Virus record (IMG/VR): IMGVR_UViG_3300021256_000011 | Coordinates: 8,789-72,788 of that record | DNA from: a virus | Taxonomy: Duplodnaviria > Caudoviricetes | Strand: one strand, 5' to 3' | DNA: 64,000 nucleotides | Shown: one piece after another, positions 43,802 to 55,800 of the stretch | How positions within the stretch are numbered: the first letter of the stretch is position 1 | How the letters are laid out: each line of letters begins with the position of its first letter | Position numbers and translations under genes: made by a program | The notes under the pieces: generated by a model | What the model was told of the DNA's origin: nothing | What the model saw: only the letters and a program-made list of their open reading frames with translations | Database searches by the model: none

Positions 43802-46800
43802 TTATGCCAGCCTGCTTTCCAGTTCTTCAATCCTCTTTTTGAGGCTCTGGATGACAGGGATGACAATACCCCAGAGGCTGTTGTAGTTCAGCGAGAGTTT
43901 GTCGTTGAATTCAAGGACTGCCCAAGGCATAACCTTCTGGACCTCCTGTGCGACAAGACCGCTTCCGTGCTGACCGTAGAGTCCTGACTTCTCGTTCCAG
44001 TCCCATTCGGCACCCCTCAGAGAAGAGAGGATGGAAAGGGCCTTGTCAGTGGAGATGGCGGAGACATTGTCCTTGAGCCTTGCATCGGAACTGGCCGCTG
44101 CCGCCCCAGCCGTGATATATGCGTTACAGACAATGCCATCGGTCACCGTGAGGATACCTCCCGTGGTGATGTGCATATAGTGGGTGGTAGCGGCATTGTC
44201 GGGCCTTATCTTCAATCCCTCCTGAGAATCGGCATCAAGGACAAAACAAGGAGCGGAGGGCTCGTCTTTTCCGACGTAGACCTTTCCCGCCAGGTTGCTG
44301 TCTCCGAAGATGCTGAAGATTTTCCTTGCCGAAGAAGTGCCCACCGTGAGATTACCGCCGATGAGGCTGTTGCCCGTGGCTCTGAATGTGCCGGAGACAT
44401 CGAGCTTATGAGCAGGCGAGGATGTACCGATGCCGACTCTACCGTTTGTTGTATCGAAGTAGAGCAGAGAGTCAATGCTTGTGGCCCCGGTGATAGTCCC
44501 GGCGAGGGTCAGGTTCCTCACTGCCCAGTCAACGGTATTGAGGTTGGAGTTGCCGGAGTGGTAATACGCCGTGTTGTCCACCGACCCGTTGGCCTTAAGG
44601 AACTGACTTGCCGTGCCACCGGACTTGACGAAAGAGCCTGCGGTGATTGCTCCGCTTGCATCTATCGTGGTCACTCCCGTCAACGCTCCGCTCACCGGGG
44701 AAGAGCCGTCGAAGGTCTGCCCCCAGATGGTCTGGGCGTTGAGAAGCCTGCCTGCGGTGGCTGCGTACTGACTGGTTGCGGCATCGTTGTTCTCGCTGGC
44801 TGAGTAGGTTATGTCTGCCCTGAACGGAGCGGACAGGCCGTCAGCATTAGGACTGATTCTCGCCTCAGTAGTACCTGCCTTCACCGTGGGCACAAGAGGC
44901 TCGGCGAGTTCGTATTCGACGGGGGTGGCGAGGACATAGTTCAGCATAACACCAGACATTGCTATCTTGAAGGCGCCAGCATCTCTATCTTCCGTACCAA
45001 TATATAGCTCTTTATTATTGGTATAGCTATTATATATGCAGTTGTTGGCTTTTATTGAACTCCAACTATCACTTCCACGGACTTCAAATTTTGAACAAAT
45101 GATACTTTTATCTCCAGAAGAAGCTATTTTTTTGTCAGTAAAAGAGGTGGTATACATTTCGTTTTTGTCGGCACCAGAAAGCCAATTCAGCGTTCCCATA
45201 TCCACTTCTCCCACTCTCTTTATTAACTTATTCCCGACAATCTCGTCATAGACTGAGCCTGCGGATTTTACTCCATTTATTGTCAGTATCCCGTGCGGCT
45301 CATACTGTCCGTTGAAGGAGGAAGAGACGTTGATGCAGATGTCGTTGTTGTAGGTCGTGCGTGAATAAACAAAGAAAGCTATATAATAACAATCCTGTGG
45401 GGTTTCTATAATACCCGAGTTTAGTCTTTGCGCATCGTAACCGATATACGATTTGTCTTTCCGGTAAAAACGCTGCCGAATATCTCCTCCCGGAACATTT
45501 ATATAGTATTGGGTCGATGGCAACACGGGAATAAGATTTTTACACATCATATATGAGTCGTTGTAAATCTTACGACCATCTTCGGCTGCATAATACCCAT
45601 TCTCCCACTCCTCGTCCCATATATTGTGGCTCTTTACCCTGATGTTGTTCAGGCCGAGGTGGAGAGTGGACTTGCGGTAAGGCTCGTATGTCCCGTTCTT
45701 CGAGGCGTCGGAGAGGTTGATGCAGAAATCGCTTGCATTCCAACTCGCATTGGCGTAAAAATGAATATAGAAACAATTTGCTGGAGTTTGGTGTACTGTA
45801 TTCCTTTGTACAGACCCGTCACTTGCCGATGAACCAAGATAGTTCATCCCCGCATCGTAATAGAGCAAATAAGCAAAACCGCTATTATTGGATTTGACAT
45901 AATAATCCGTATTAGGGAAAGCCATAATTGGGTTCTTACTCCTTTTCCAAGATGAACTTGTAACTGGTTGTCCGTTATTAGTGTCGTAATAACCGCTTTC
46001 AAGTACACCATCCCACTTGTTGAACCCGACTGTCTCCAGCGCAGAGGCGTCGTTGCTAATCAGCGTGCCTGCGTTATATTCGTGGTAGCCCGTGCCGAAA
46101 TCAGCCTCGTACTTCGCAAGGATTTGCTCATCGGTCAGGCCGTCTATTTCCGTGCCGTAGAGAAGGGTGAGGTCGACGATTGTCATATTTCTATAGTTAT
46201 GTACATCACCTGAATAACCGTTGTGAAGACGAACCGCATTATATGTAGAAGAGGCACAAGTAACTATATGGTCTTTACGCTCCCATGTATCGGCGTTAAT
46301 ACAACTATATAATGATCGGTTCGTACCAGGCTCTCCATAAAAAAATATGACACATGTACGACCAGCCACATTTGCTTTAATCTCCACTCCTATCTTATAT
46401 TTATGACCAACAATCATTGCTACATTTTGTTGTAAAAATCTGTCTCCACTGCTTTGGGCCTCAACTGTAGCAACATTGTTGGATACGGAAAATGTTATAT
46501 CTTGTGATGACCTCGACCAATTGGACGTGTTTTCAAAATTCCCGTTTTGCACCAACTGATTCCACGAGAGCGTCCTGCCCTTGATCCTGTCGAGAGTGAG
46601 GGATTTGGCCTTGATGGTATTAGGGCTCTTCCTAAACACGAACTCCTGGTCGGTAAGGGCCTCCGAGATGCCTTCTATGGGCATATAGATATCCGCAAGG
46701 GCACTGAACTGCTGCTGGAGGTAGGTGTTCAGTCCCAGTACGGCTTCCATAACGGTGCGGGGAAAGCGGTTCTCAAGAGCTGCCCCCGTCTTGCCGTTGG

Positions 46801-46834
46801 TCATTTGATAAATCTTTCCTGTTATCTGTGTCAT
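43802..46834 (-). CDS. Tail fibre/spike with C-terminal peptidase S74 intramolecular chaperone
   Basis: SSDARLKDNV...GLVAQEV...LNYN...IEELE chaperone motif; beta-sandwich modules. Confidence 0.88.
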   Translation of the reverse strand: MTQITGKIYQMTNGKTGAALENRFPRTVMEAVLGLNTYLQQQFSALADIYMPIEGISEALTDQEFVFRKSPNTIKAKSLTLDRIKGRTLSWNQLVQNGNFENTSNWSRSSQDITFSVSNNVATVEAQSSGDRFLQQNVAMIVGHKYKIGVEIKANVAGRTCVIFFYGEPGTNRSLYSCINADTWERKDHIVTCASSTYNAVRLHNGYSGDVHNYRNMTIVDLTLLYGTEIDGLTDEQILAKYEADFGTGYHEYNAGTLISNDASALETVGFNKWDGVLESGYYDTNNGQPVTSSSWKRSKNPIMAFPNTDYYVKSNNSGFAYLLYYDAGMNYLGSSASDGSVQRNTVHQTPANCFYIHFYANASWNASDFCINLSDASKNGTYEPYRKSTLHLGLNNIRVKSHNIWDEEWENGYYAAEDGRKIYNDSYMMCKNLIPVLPSTQYYINVPGGDIRQRFYRKDKSYIGYDAQRLNSGIIETPQDCYYIAFFVYSRTTYNNDICINVSSSFNGQYEPHGILTINGVKSAGSVYDEIVGNKLIKRVGEVDMGTLNWLSGADKNEMYTTSFTDKKIASSGDKSIICSKFEVRGSDSWSSIKANNCIYNSYTNNKELYIGTEDRDAGAFKIAMSGVMLNYVLATPVEYELAEPLVPTVKAGTTEARISPNADGLSAPFRADITYSASENNDAATSQYAATAGRLLNAQTIWGQTFDGSSPVSGALTGVTTIDASGAITAGSFVKSGGTASQFLKANGSVDNTAYYHSGNSNLNTVDWAVRNLTLAGTITGATSIDSLLYFDTTNGRVGIGTSSPAHKLDVSGTFRATGNSLIGGNLTVGTSSARKIFSIFGDSNLAGKVYVGKDEPSAPCFVLDADSQEGLKIRPDNAATTHYMHITTGGILTVTDGIVCNAYITAGAAAASSDARLKDNVSAISTDKALSILSSLRGAEWDWNEKSGLYGQHGSGLVAQEVQKVMPWAVLEFNDKLSLNYNSLWGIVIPVIQSLKKRIEELESRLA

Positions 46835-46838
46835 CTCA

Positions 46839-49800
46839 TTAAGAGTTTATATGGATATAATCTTCTGTATCGTAAGTAGCCGCGTTACGCACAAAGTTCC
46901 ACCCTATGTCATCAAGGTAGTCCTGCGTAATCTTGCTTCCGTTCCACACGCCAGTTGTAATGGTGCCGAGGGTTGTAATTTTATCCGTTCCAACCCAGGT
47001 AGAAAGAGCCGTGTTCTCAACATTGTTTATTGATAGCAGGGAGCGTAGGTTTGCTGCGGTTATTACCCCTCCGAGGCTTACCGATGTCCCCGCAATCGTT
47101 ATATAGCTGTTTGCAAGTTTCGCATTGGTAACCTTACCATCCCCGATGGTAACGGCTATACTGGTTGCACCGCTTCCGCTCACATCCCCGGACAATGTGA
47201 TGGACTGGTTGCCCGTGAGGTAGTTCTTTCCCGATATCCAAGTTTCGATGTCCGTGACCTTGTCGGTCGTTATGTTCGGGATGTGCGCCGGGTTTATCGT
47301 TACATTCGGGAAATCAGTATTATTGGTCAGCGACTCCCAAACTCTATTGAGGTCGATAGAACTGCCACCGCCGCCAGACCCCTGACCTCCGGCCGTCATG
47401 AAGCCTTCGGAATAGACACCGTGGGAGAAGTGGAACCCTGTGGAATCCAGTTCAAGGTAATGGTCGGTGTCGCCAAAGTAAATCCTCTTGGTCGTGGACA
47501 GTGTGAGCGCACCTGTTGCCGTTATCGAGCCTATTCCCGTGAGGTTCTGGGCCTGGGATGAGGTCTGCACTCTAGTCGTACCAATGTAAAGCGTAGGCTG
47601 GCCCGTCACAGACTTCGGCACGCCGTCGGCCCAGTACTCCACGCCCCAGATGGAATAAGCCGATGTACCTGAAAGCCTTGTTGCCGACTTCGCTTCACCG
47701 TTGATGACATCAATGACATTAAGGCTCGTGACGGTCAATTCATCCAGTTCTGGCGAGAGGAACCAATTCTCTATTGTTGTCACCCGTCCTGAGACATTGG
47801 AAATAGCCTCGGACAGCGTAGCTGGCTGTACGGCCGTATCGGCAAGGCCAAGGCTGGTCTGGACTGCCGATGCAAGGTCGGTCTTAGGGATTCCGGCGCT
47901 GGGTTTTTGATACGCCGTGTCTGCCTTGCCCAGGGAGGTCTGAACGCCACTCTCAAGGTAAGCCCTTTCGATAGCCGTGCCGTGCCACACTCCGCTTGTT
48001 ATCGTGCCGACGGTGCTGAGGTTGGATTCAAAGGTCCCATTGTTGTTCCTTATGTAGAAACTCTCTCCGCCGAAGAACAGCGAGGCCAGATTGCTCTTGT
48101 TTGTGATGGTTAACTTACCGCTGACCTCCGTGGGGCTGTCCAGAGAGATAAAGCCGTGGGTGGTATCATTATGGCCTATCTCTATGCTGTCATCCTGTAT
48201 GATAATACGGCCATAGTGCGTTGACAGGCCAAGCGAACACTCGTCATCTATATAGATGCTTCCCTGGTCATTGTTCCTATCATAATAAATTTCCAGGGGC
48301 CCTATATTAACCTCGTGGGCAATCATGTGCGTCCCGTAGATGTAGTCCCACGGAGATTGCTCACTTCCGAGGTCAAGGTTTCCGCTCGGCACAAGGGTCC
48401 TCCCGACAGTGATGTTATTGCCAAAGGCCAAATCGGTGGTGTTGATAGCCGTTACGCCCGTCAGGTCGGTCACAAGGGCCCAAGTGTTTGTGTTTGCGGC
48501 GGTTTTCTTCAGATATCCCGATGTGGCCGTCAGAGCCTCGATAGCCTTAAGGTCATCGGCACCCGTCACATTGGCAAGGGCAATCGTTGTGGGGAGCGTA
48601 CCCATCGTCAAGGTGAGGGTGTTCCCGCTCTTGCTGAACCCAGCTACATAGTTGCCCGTACCTGATGCCACCACGGAGTTCACATAGGAAGATAGGTCAA
48701 TGGTGGTCTCGCCTATCTTAGTCCAAGTGGAATTGGCGTAGACATACTCCTCGTACTTGTCCGCTCCGCTCCCGGAAGGGCCGATGAGGTAAAGCACATT
48801 CCCTTCTCCAGTGGCTGGCAGCGTGGCATAAATCTCGTAATGAAACTGATTGATAGCACCGATAAGGCTCTCAACCTCGCTCTTGAGGTAGTAGTTGGTC
48901 AGGTCGTTGACGGCCTTTGTGATGTAAGCCTTTCCGCTTATCCAGGTCTCAAGGTCGCTTATCTTTGCCGTGGTCAGTGAGGGGATGTCGGCGGCGACAA
49001 GCGCCCGGAAGGAGGCCGCCCCGTTTGTCCCGTTAGGAGCAGCCAGCACGGTGTTCGCATTTCTTGAAGCCGTAGCATCATAGACTCTTGTGCCGAAGTT
49101 TGCAAGGCTTTCAATGTTCGGGACTTGAGAGGCCGTTGCTTTTCCGCTTATCTCGCTGAAGGCATACGAAGGCTTGTTTTCGGCCTTTGCCCAGGCGTAG
49201 ACATCCGATGCTGGCAAGGAAGTGGGGTAAGCGGGGAGTCCCACTACGCCGTTCACATCGGGAGAGTATTGCGTACTGCCGACATCCACCCTTGTCACCG
49301 TGCCCTGCGTCTGTCCCGTGACACTGAGAACGCCATTATTGATTACGAGACCACTACCTACCTTAATGAGGCCCAGGGTGTCGGCGCTTGCCGTAGGAAC
49401 GCTTGTGAGGTATCCCGCGCTGGCGTGATTGCCCCAGCCGTAAGCCGTCTCTCCGTGGGCCGCCTGAGACCTGATGGTTGCAAGGTCGCTAATGGTATCC
49501 TGTTTTCCCGACACCACTACTTCGAGGGCATCAAGGTCGGTGGCCGTGGCGAAGTAATTGCTATCGTGGCCGCCCAGCCTTATGGCGTTGTAGGCCGCCC
49601 CTCCGATAAAATAGCCTTCAAGGACACCGAGCCTGCTATTGATTCCGTCCAAAGACTGGGCCTTCAACAGGGTCTTGGATACACCGTTGACTGAGAGAGA
49701 GACCTGATTGGCGCTCTCTGCGCCCCAAAGGACGGTTCCTGTCTCCCCGGCATCCTCAATGGTGATTTCCTCACCGGCCTCAGGGTCAACATACGAAAGC

Positions 49801-52800
49801 CGATCGTCAAGGGGCATGTGTGCAAGGTCAAGGATACCATCCGTGAAATAGCCGTAAATGGTATGTCCCTCATTTGCCCTTTCCCTTATGGTAGAAAGGT
49901 CATTGATAGTGGCTTGCTTGCCATTCAGGGCTGTCTGGAGTCCGTTGACCTTCGCAATGGACAGAGCGCCGTCGGCAATACTCGTTGCAATGCTAGTCGT
50001 TCCGCTACCTGTCACTACGCCCGTAAGGGTTATGTTCTGATTGCCCTTGAGGTAGCCGTAGGTAGACGCCATATCGGGGATATGCGCAGGGTTTATCTTG
50101 ACATTCGGCTTATCCGTGTTGTTTGTGAGGGATTCCCACATACGGTTAATGTCAATTCCCCCTCCGCCTCCACCGGAGCCAACTCCCCCTGCGGTAATAA
50201 AGCCGTCGGCGTAGAAGTTGCCTATAAGGTGCCAGGCGTTGTTCTCGGCATCCCATACGAGTTTGGAGTCCTTGCTATTGTACTGTCCTCCGAGGGATAT
50301 GCCCCCCTGGATAGTGGCGAGTCCGCTTGCCGCGATGGTGCCGATACCTGCGAGGTCCTGCGATTGCGATGTCGTCTGGACCCGCGTTATTCCGATATAG
50401 AGGTTAGGTCTGCCCGTAACGGACTTGGGGACGCCATTGGCCCAGTATTCCACGCCCCAGATGCTATATGCATCTGTGCCGGAGAGCCGTGCCGCACTAT
50501 TGGCAACACCGTTAGTGAAATAGCCTTGGAGGGTGCTGACATCGGAAGCCGTTCCGAAATAGCTCGCGGCGTGGTTCTCAAGGGTGGATGCGTTGGTCGC
50601 AAAGGCCACCGTGAGTTTCTTGTTAGTTCCTCCGATGGTGATGCTCAACTGGTTTGAACTGTTATCAAGGAGCGTGAAGTATTCGCCTGCCGCCATGTTG
50701 TCCACTTTGCCGAGGCCCACATCGCCTTTCGTCACAGTCACATCGGAAGTAAGGGCGTGTCCGTTGACCGTTCGGGAAGCAAGGGCGTAGGTGTTAGTAT
50801 CAAGCGTCCAAGTGTTCGCCGCAGTCTTTTTGAGGAATCCGCTTTCCCCGGCGAGTCCGGCAATGGCCGTAAGGTCGGCGTCAAGGGGTTGCTTGCCATC
50901 AAGTTCATCCTGCAGCCCCGTTATCTTTGAGATTGCGAGGTTCGGCACATCAGCCGCATCCAGGTTGGCTTTCTTCGCCCAGGCATACACATCAGAAGCA
51001 GGAAGCGTTGTAGGTAGCGTCCCTAGGGTCAGGGTCAGCTTGTTGCCACTCTTACTGAAGCCGCTGACATAGTTGCCGCTTCCTGACGCCACAACGGAGT
51101 TGACATACGAGCTAAGGTCGATGCTTGTGTCACCTATCTTGGTCCACCCCGCAGTAGCGTTAGGATAGACATATTCCTCATACCTGTCAGAGCCGGACCC
51201 CGTGGGGCCGATGAGATAGAGGACATTCGATTTGGGGTCGGTGACCGCGCTTGTCGAAGCGGCTATCTCATAGCGGAACTGATTGATTGCACCGATAAGG
51301 CTGTTAACCTCATCCTGGGTGTAGGTCTCCGTCTTGAGATAGTAGTTCGTAAGGTCGTTGACAGCTTTGGTGATGAATCCCTGCTGATTTACCCAGGACT
51401 CCGTGGCGTAACCGGCAAGGCTCTGGTGCGCAGTAAGGACATCGTGGGAGCTGCTGCCAAGGGTTATCCTGATCTTGTCGGCGACACCTGCGGAACTGAA
51501 CTTGGCGTCGGTAATGCCATAGCCCGCAAGGGTCGTGGGCTTAGAGCCTATCTCCGAGAAGTCATACGAAGGCTTTGTGTCAGCCAAGGCCCAGTCGCTG
51601 ATTCCGAGAGTGGACTTGATGTTGGCCTGTGTGAAGTTGGCCGCATTGAACGGAGTGTATCCCAAGGCAGTTGTTACCATTGCCGAGGTGATGCCGGAGA
51701 TATAACCGGCATCATTGGTAAAGGCCGATACTACGGTGGGAACCACTGGATAGGCCGGGAGCGAAACAACGCCGTTCGTGTCCGGGGCGTACTGAGAGCT
51801 TCCCACATCTACCCGGGTAACTGTGCCGAGCGTCTGCCCGACTACGCTGAGAATGCCATCGGCGTCAATGGAAAGGCCGTTACCCACCCTGATGCCACCG
51901 AGGGCGTTTGCGGATGCTTTGGGAAGAGTATATATGGTATCCGTCAGTTTGTATCCGGCGGCTGTAAGGGCGTCCGCAATTTGTGTCGTAGTCACATCCC
52001 CTTCGATACCGGCGACGGAACTGACGCCCGTCACGAGAGCATCAACCACGGAGGCCGCAGCAAAGTAGTTCGCATCATGACCGCCCAGGCGGACAGCGTT
52101 ATATGCGGAGCCTCCAACGAAATAGCCTTCAAGGACACCGAGGCGGCCGAAGATGCCATCCAGAGACTGCGCTTTCAGCAATGTCTTGGATACGCCATTG
52201 ACGGAAAGAGCTACCTGGTTGGCGGATTCCGCGCCCCAGAGGACCGTCCCCGTCACCCCGGGGTCATCTATTGTTATCTCCTCGCCGGACTCAGGATCCA
52301 CATAGGATAGGTCGTTTCCGTCCAGGAGGTTACGAGCCCTGTCAATGACAGTGGGAATTTCCGGTGTACCGCTTATCTGGGAATATGGTATAATCGGAAT
52401 GTGCGCGATGTGTATTTTTACATCCGGTTTATCCGTGTTGTTTGCCAAGGACTCCCAAACCCTATCAAGGTCCACTCCTCCTCCTCCGCCGCCACCGCCG
52501 GAACCGACTCCGCCGGCAGTAATGGCGCCATAGGAATAGAAGTTACGGGCCACAAGCGAGCCCTCCACGGTCTTTCTGCGGACATAGACATCTCCGTTGG
52601 CGTCCTCATCAAACCAGCTTATGATTCTTCTGACAGCCGTAATCAACTCAGTAACAGAGTCGCCTGTCAGCGATTCGAGCTTTACATCTCCGCTGATAAT
52701 CACCGCGTCGCCATCCCAGCGGATGCCGGGGATATGGCCGCTGCCGTTCTTATCCCAGCCGATGTTGCCGGAGGCGAGGTAGCCTGAGCCGTCGAAGCGG

Positions 52801-55800
52801 AACAAAGACTTTGCGAAGTTCGTCGCCGTATCGTCGGCCTCATGGTCCACCATAGGGCCGCCATACCAGGCCGCTATGCTTTTGAGAGGGTCCGCGAGGT
52901 CAGTATCCAGTAGTCCGTTAATACCGGACATCACATTGTAGACGCCTCCATTATTGTAGCCGAGTTGAATCAAGCTTGTTAGGACCAGGCCGCCGTCGAT
53001 AAGTGTGCCCTGGTTGGTCGCTTGCTTCAGATACTGCAGCCCGGCCATTCCTTCTTTTAAGGTCTGAATGTCATTTAGGGCCTGGGCAAGTTCCTCGTCG
53101 GACAGGCGCATCCAGTAGAAGGCGCCGTCGTTCGGAAGCCTCGTGTAGCGATAGCCCTGGCCGGTTAGGTCGTCAACATAGATGTCACCGAAGTGCTTGA
53201 GCCTGGTAGCATCGTCGGTCCAGCCGTTGGCCGGGGCGTTGGCTGTAGACGGGTCCACCTGCCCCTGCTCGTCTTTTGCGGGAAGAGGCTGGCCGTTGCC
53301 GGACCAGGACTGGATTTGACCGTCTATCTGGGCCTGCAGCGAATCCGTCAACTGCTTTTCTGCTGCGATATAATCGGCCATTGACTGGTAGGTCCCGTCA
53401 GACCTCATCACCGTCAATCTGCCCTTGATGTTAAGCCTGCCGTTCGTGTATTCGGCAAACTCCCCGGCAGCGTCCCCGACAAACCAGCGGGGCCCCTGAC
53501 CGGACTGACGGCCAGCGAAATAATACTCGTCGCCGTCAGCCGTGACAGTAGAAAGGCCAGACAGCATTCGCTCGTACCCACCTCCGATCACATCTCGGAT
53601 GATAACATACTGTCTGGCACTGTTCGTATCATTACCATACTGGACAATGACATCCCCTTCCTGAGGAATGCCGGCGCCATCTTTGACTGACTTGGATAGC
53701 TTTATGTAGTCTACTCCCACCTCATCGACACGGAAGCGGTAGTAGCGCAGCTCCAGATTCTCCGGATCAAACTGCTGGCCCATAGCGAAGTCGCCCACCT
53801 CAAAGAGGTTGGCCACTGACCCCTGCTTCTGGTCGAAATAGCAGTAGTAATAGTCGCCGTCATCTACGACCTGCGTGCAGTTGATGGATGCCGCTGAGAG
53901 AACCTGCTTGCCGCCGATATAGGTAATCTGGTTAGCGACAAGCGAATTGACCCTCATCTCCTTGCGGATAATGAGCTTATCCAGCTCGAGAACGGAGTCA
54001 CCGTCGCCATCTTCATAATGGCCCCAACCGGCGCCACCGATGTCACCCTGGCGGAAATTACGCGAAGATATCTTGCTGGCAAAGACTGTGGGCGATATGG
54101 ATGTGTCCGACTCGCCCGTCTTCTTCAGGAACAGGGGAGACGCCACCCGGCGGACCACAGCCTCAATGTCTGCGGTCTTTGCATAGGTGGAGCGCACAAT
54201 CTGCATCTCGTTGCTCAGCTTGCCTATGGGATTGCTGACGGCCAGGACTTTATCGGAGAGCACAACCTCGATGTTCGGAACCTGGTCCCCTTCGTTCCAT
54301 GTGTAGGTGATAGACTGGACATAAAGAGTCAGGGCCTGGCCCCGGGTAAACCTACGGTCCAGAGTCCTCACCATGCAGCCTGCGGAGAGCCTGTCAGCCA
54401 GGAGGACGCCGTAGTCTTCATCTTCCAGAGTGTGGACGCGAATCTTATCGAGGTTGATGACCCACACCGGGTTAATCTCTTTCGTCTCTTCCAGCTTTGC
54501 GACCTTCGCCTTATTGACCTCCTCCTCGGCCCATACGACATACTGGTTTGGCATGTCGATGCCGATGAAGAAGAAGTGGTCACCGGCGGTCGGCTTGCCA
54601 CCAGTCTTCGAGTTCGGAATATACAGCCCGGTGGCATCGAATTCGGCATCCGACTTGCGGAGGGTTATCTTCCACTCCGAGGGGACCCCGTTGATGCTCT
54701 TGGTCCTGTCGGGAACGGGGTAAGAGACAATGGGGAATTCGTAATCCTGCGATACGGCCATGAAGCCGTCAGAGAAAACCACTTTGGCCTCGCCCCCCGT
54801 ACGGTCCCCGAGAATAGGGGCCCATACTCGTTCTGCATAGGCTTGGTCGGATTCGCTGGCGCCTTGCGTCGTCGCCCAGATGTTCTTAATCCATATATCG
54901 AAAGTAGGCTTCCAGGCGTCAGCGTTCTCATCGGACATGACAACCTTCAGCGAATTGAGGCCGTAGGTGCCTTGGATAGAGGATTGAGTGCTGGCGTTGG
55001 TTACGGTCAGCGTCACCCTGACAATGTAGTGACCGGAAGGGATGCCTGCTGCGGGCACGATGTCTCCAGTCTGGACGTTTTCGACCGTGACGACGCCAGG
55101 ACTGGTATCCAGGACAAGTAGCGCCGGTGCCGGAAGCAGCCAGTCGAACTCAATGTTGCCAATCTTGCCTTCGGGGATATAGAACTCATTGGACCTTAGG
55201 CCGTCAGTATTAGATGCATTGGGGCCCACCGTCCTGGTGATTGTCTTGGTACCGCCGATGGAGTTTTCCGTGACAGCGGCCTTGGCGGCCTCATCAATGT
55301 CGTCGGTAACGATTTCGGAGACATCGACAATCTCATCAACCCTGTTTCCAGCCGGGCGCTCTATGCCTTGTATCGTCGGGAAGATTTCGTCGTTGTTATC
55401 CAGGGCCCCCCACCGCTCGCCGTATTTCGCAATAGACTCGTCATCCTTGACGAATTCTACCGGATTGAATTTGGCGTCGGTCTTGCCCCGGCGGAAGGCG
55501 AACAGGGAGTCGGCTGGACAATCCTGTTCCGTGTACTGAGGATAGGTATAGCCGGCGTTTTCCCAGGTTTTGTCCCTTTTGTCGTTCTGCATCCATCCGC
55601 GAACATACCAGCGGAAGTTGATGTCTCTGATACGGTCGAAATAGATGTCCTTCAGTTCATACAGCGCGTCAGGATCCTGGGCCCATGAAGGATTCTGCTC
55701 ATCAACTCGCTTGAAGTAGCGATAAGGGACATTCTTCTCGCCACCACGGCCAAGGAGAATGTTGTTGATAGTCTCGTCCTGGACTTGGCGCTCGAACTTC

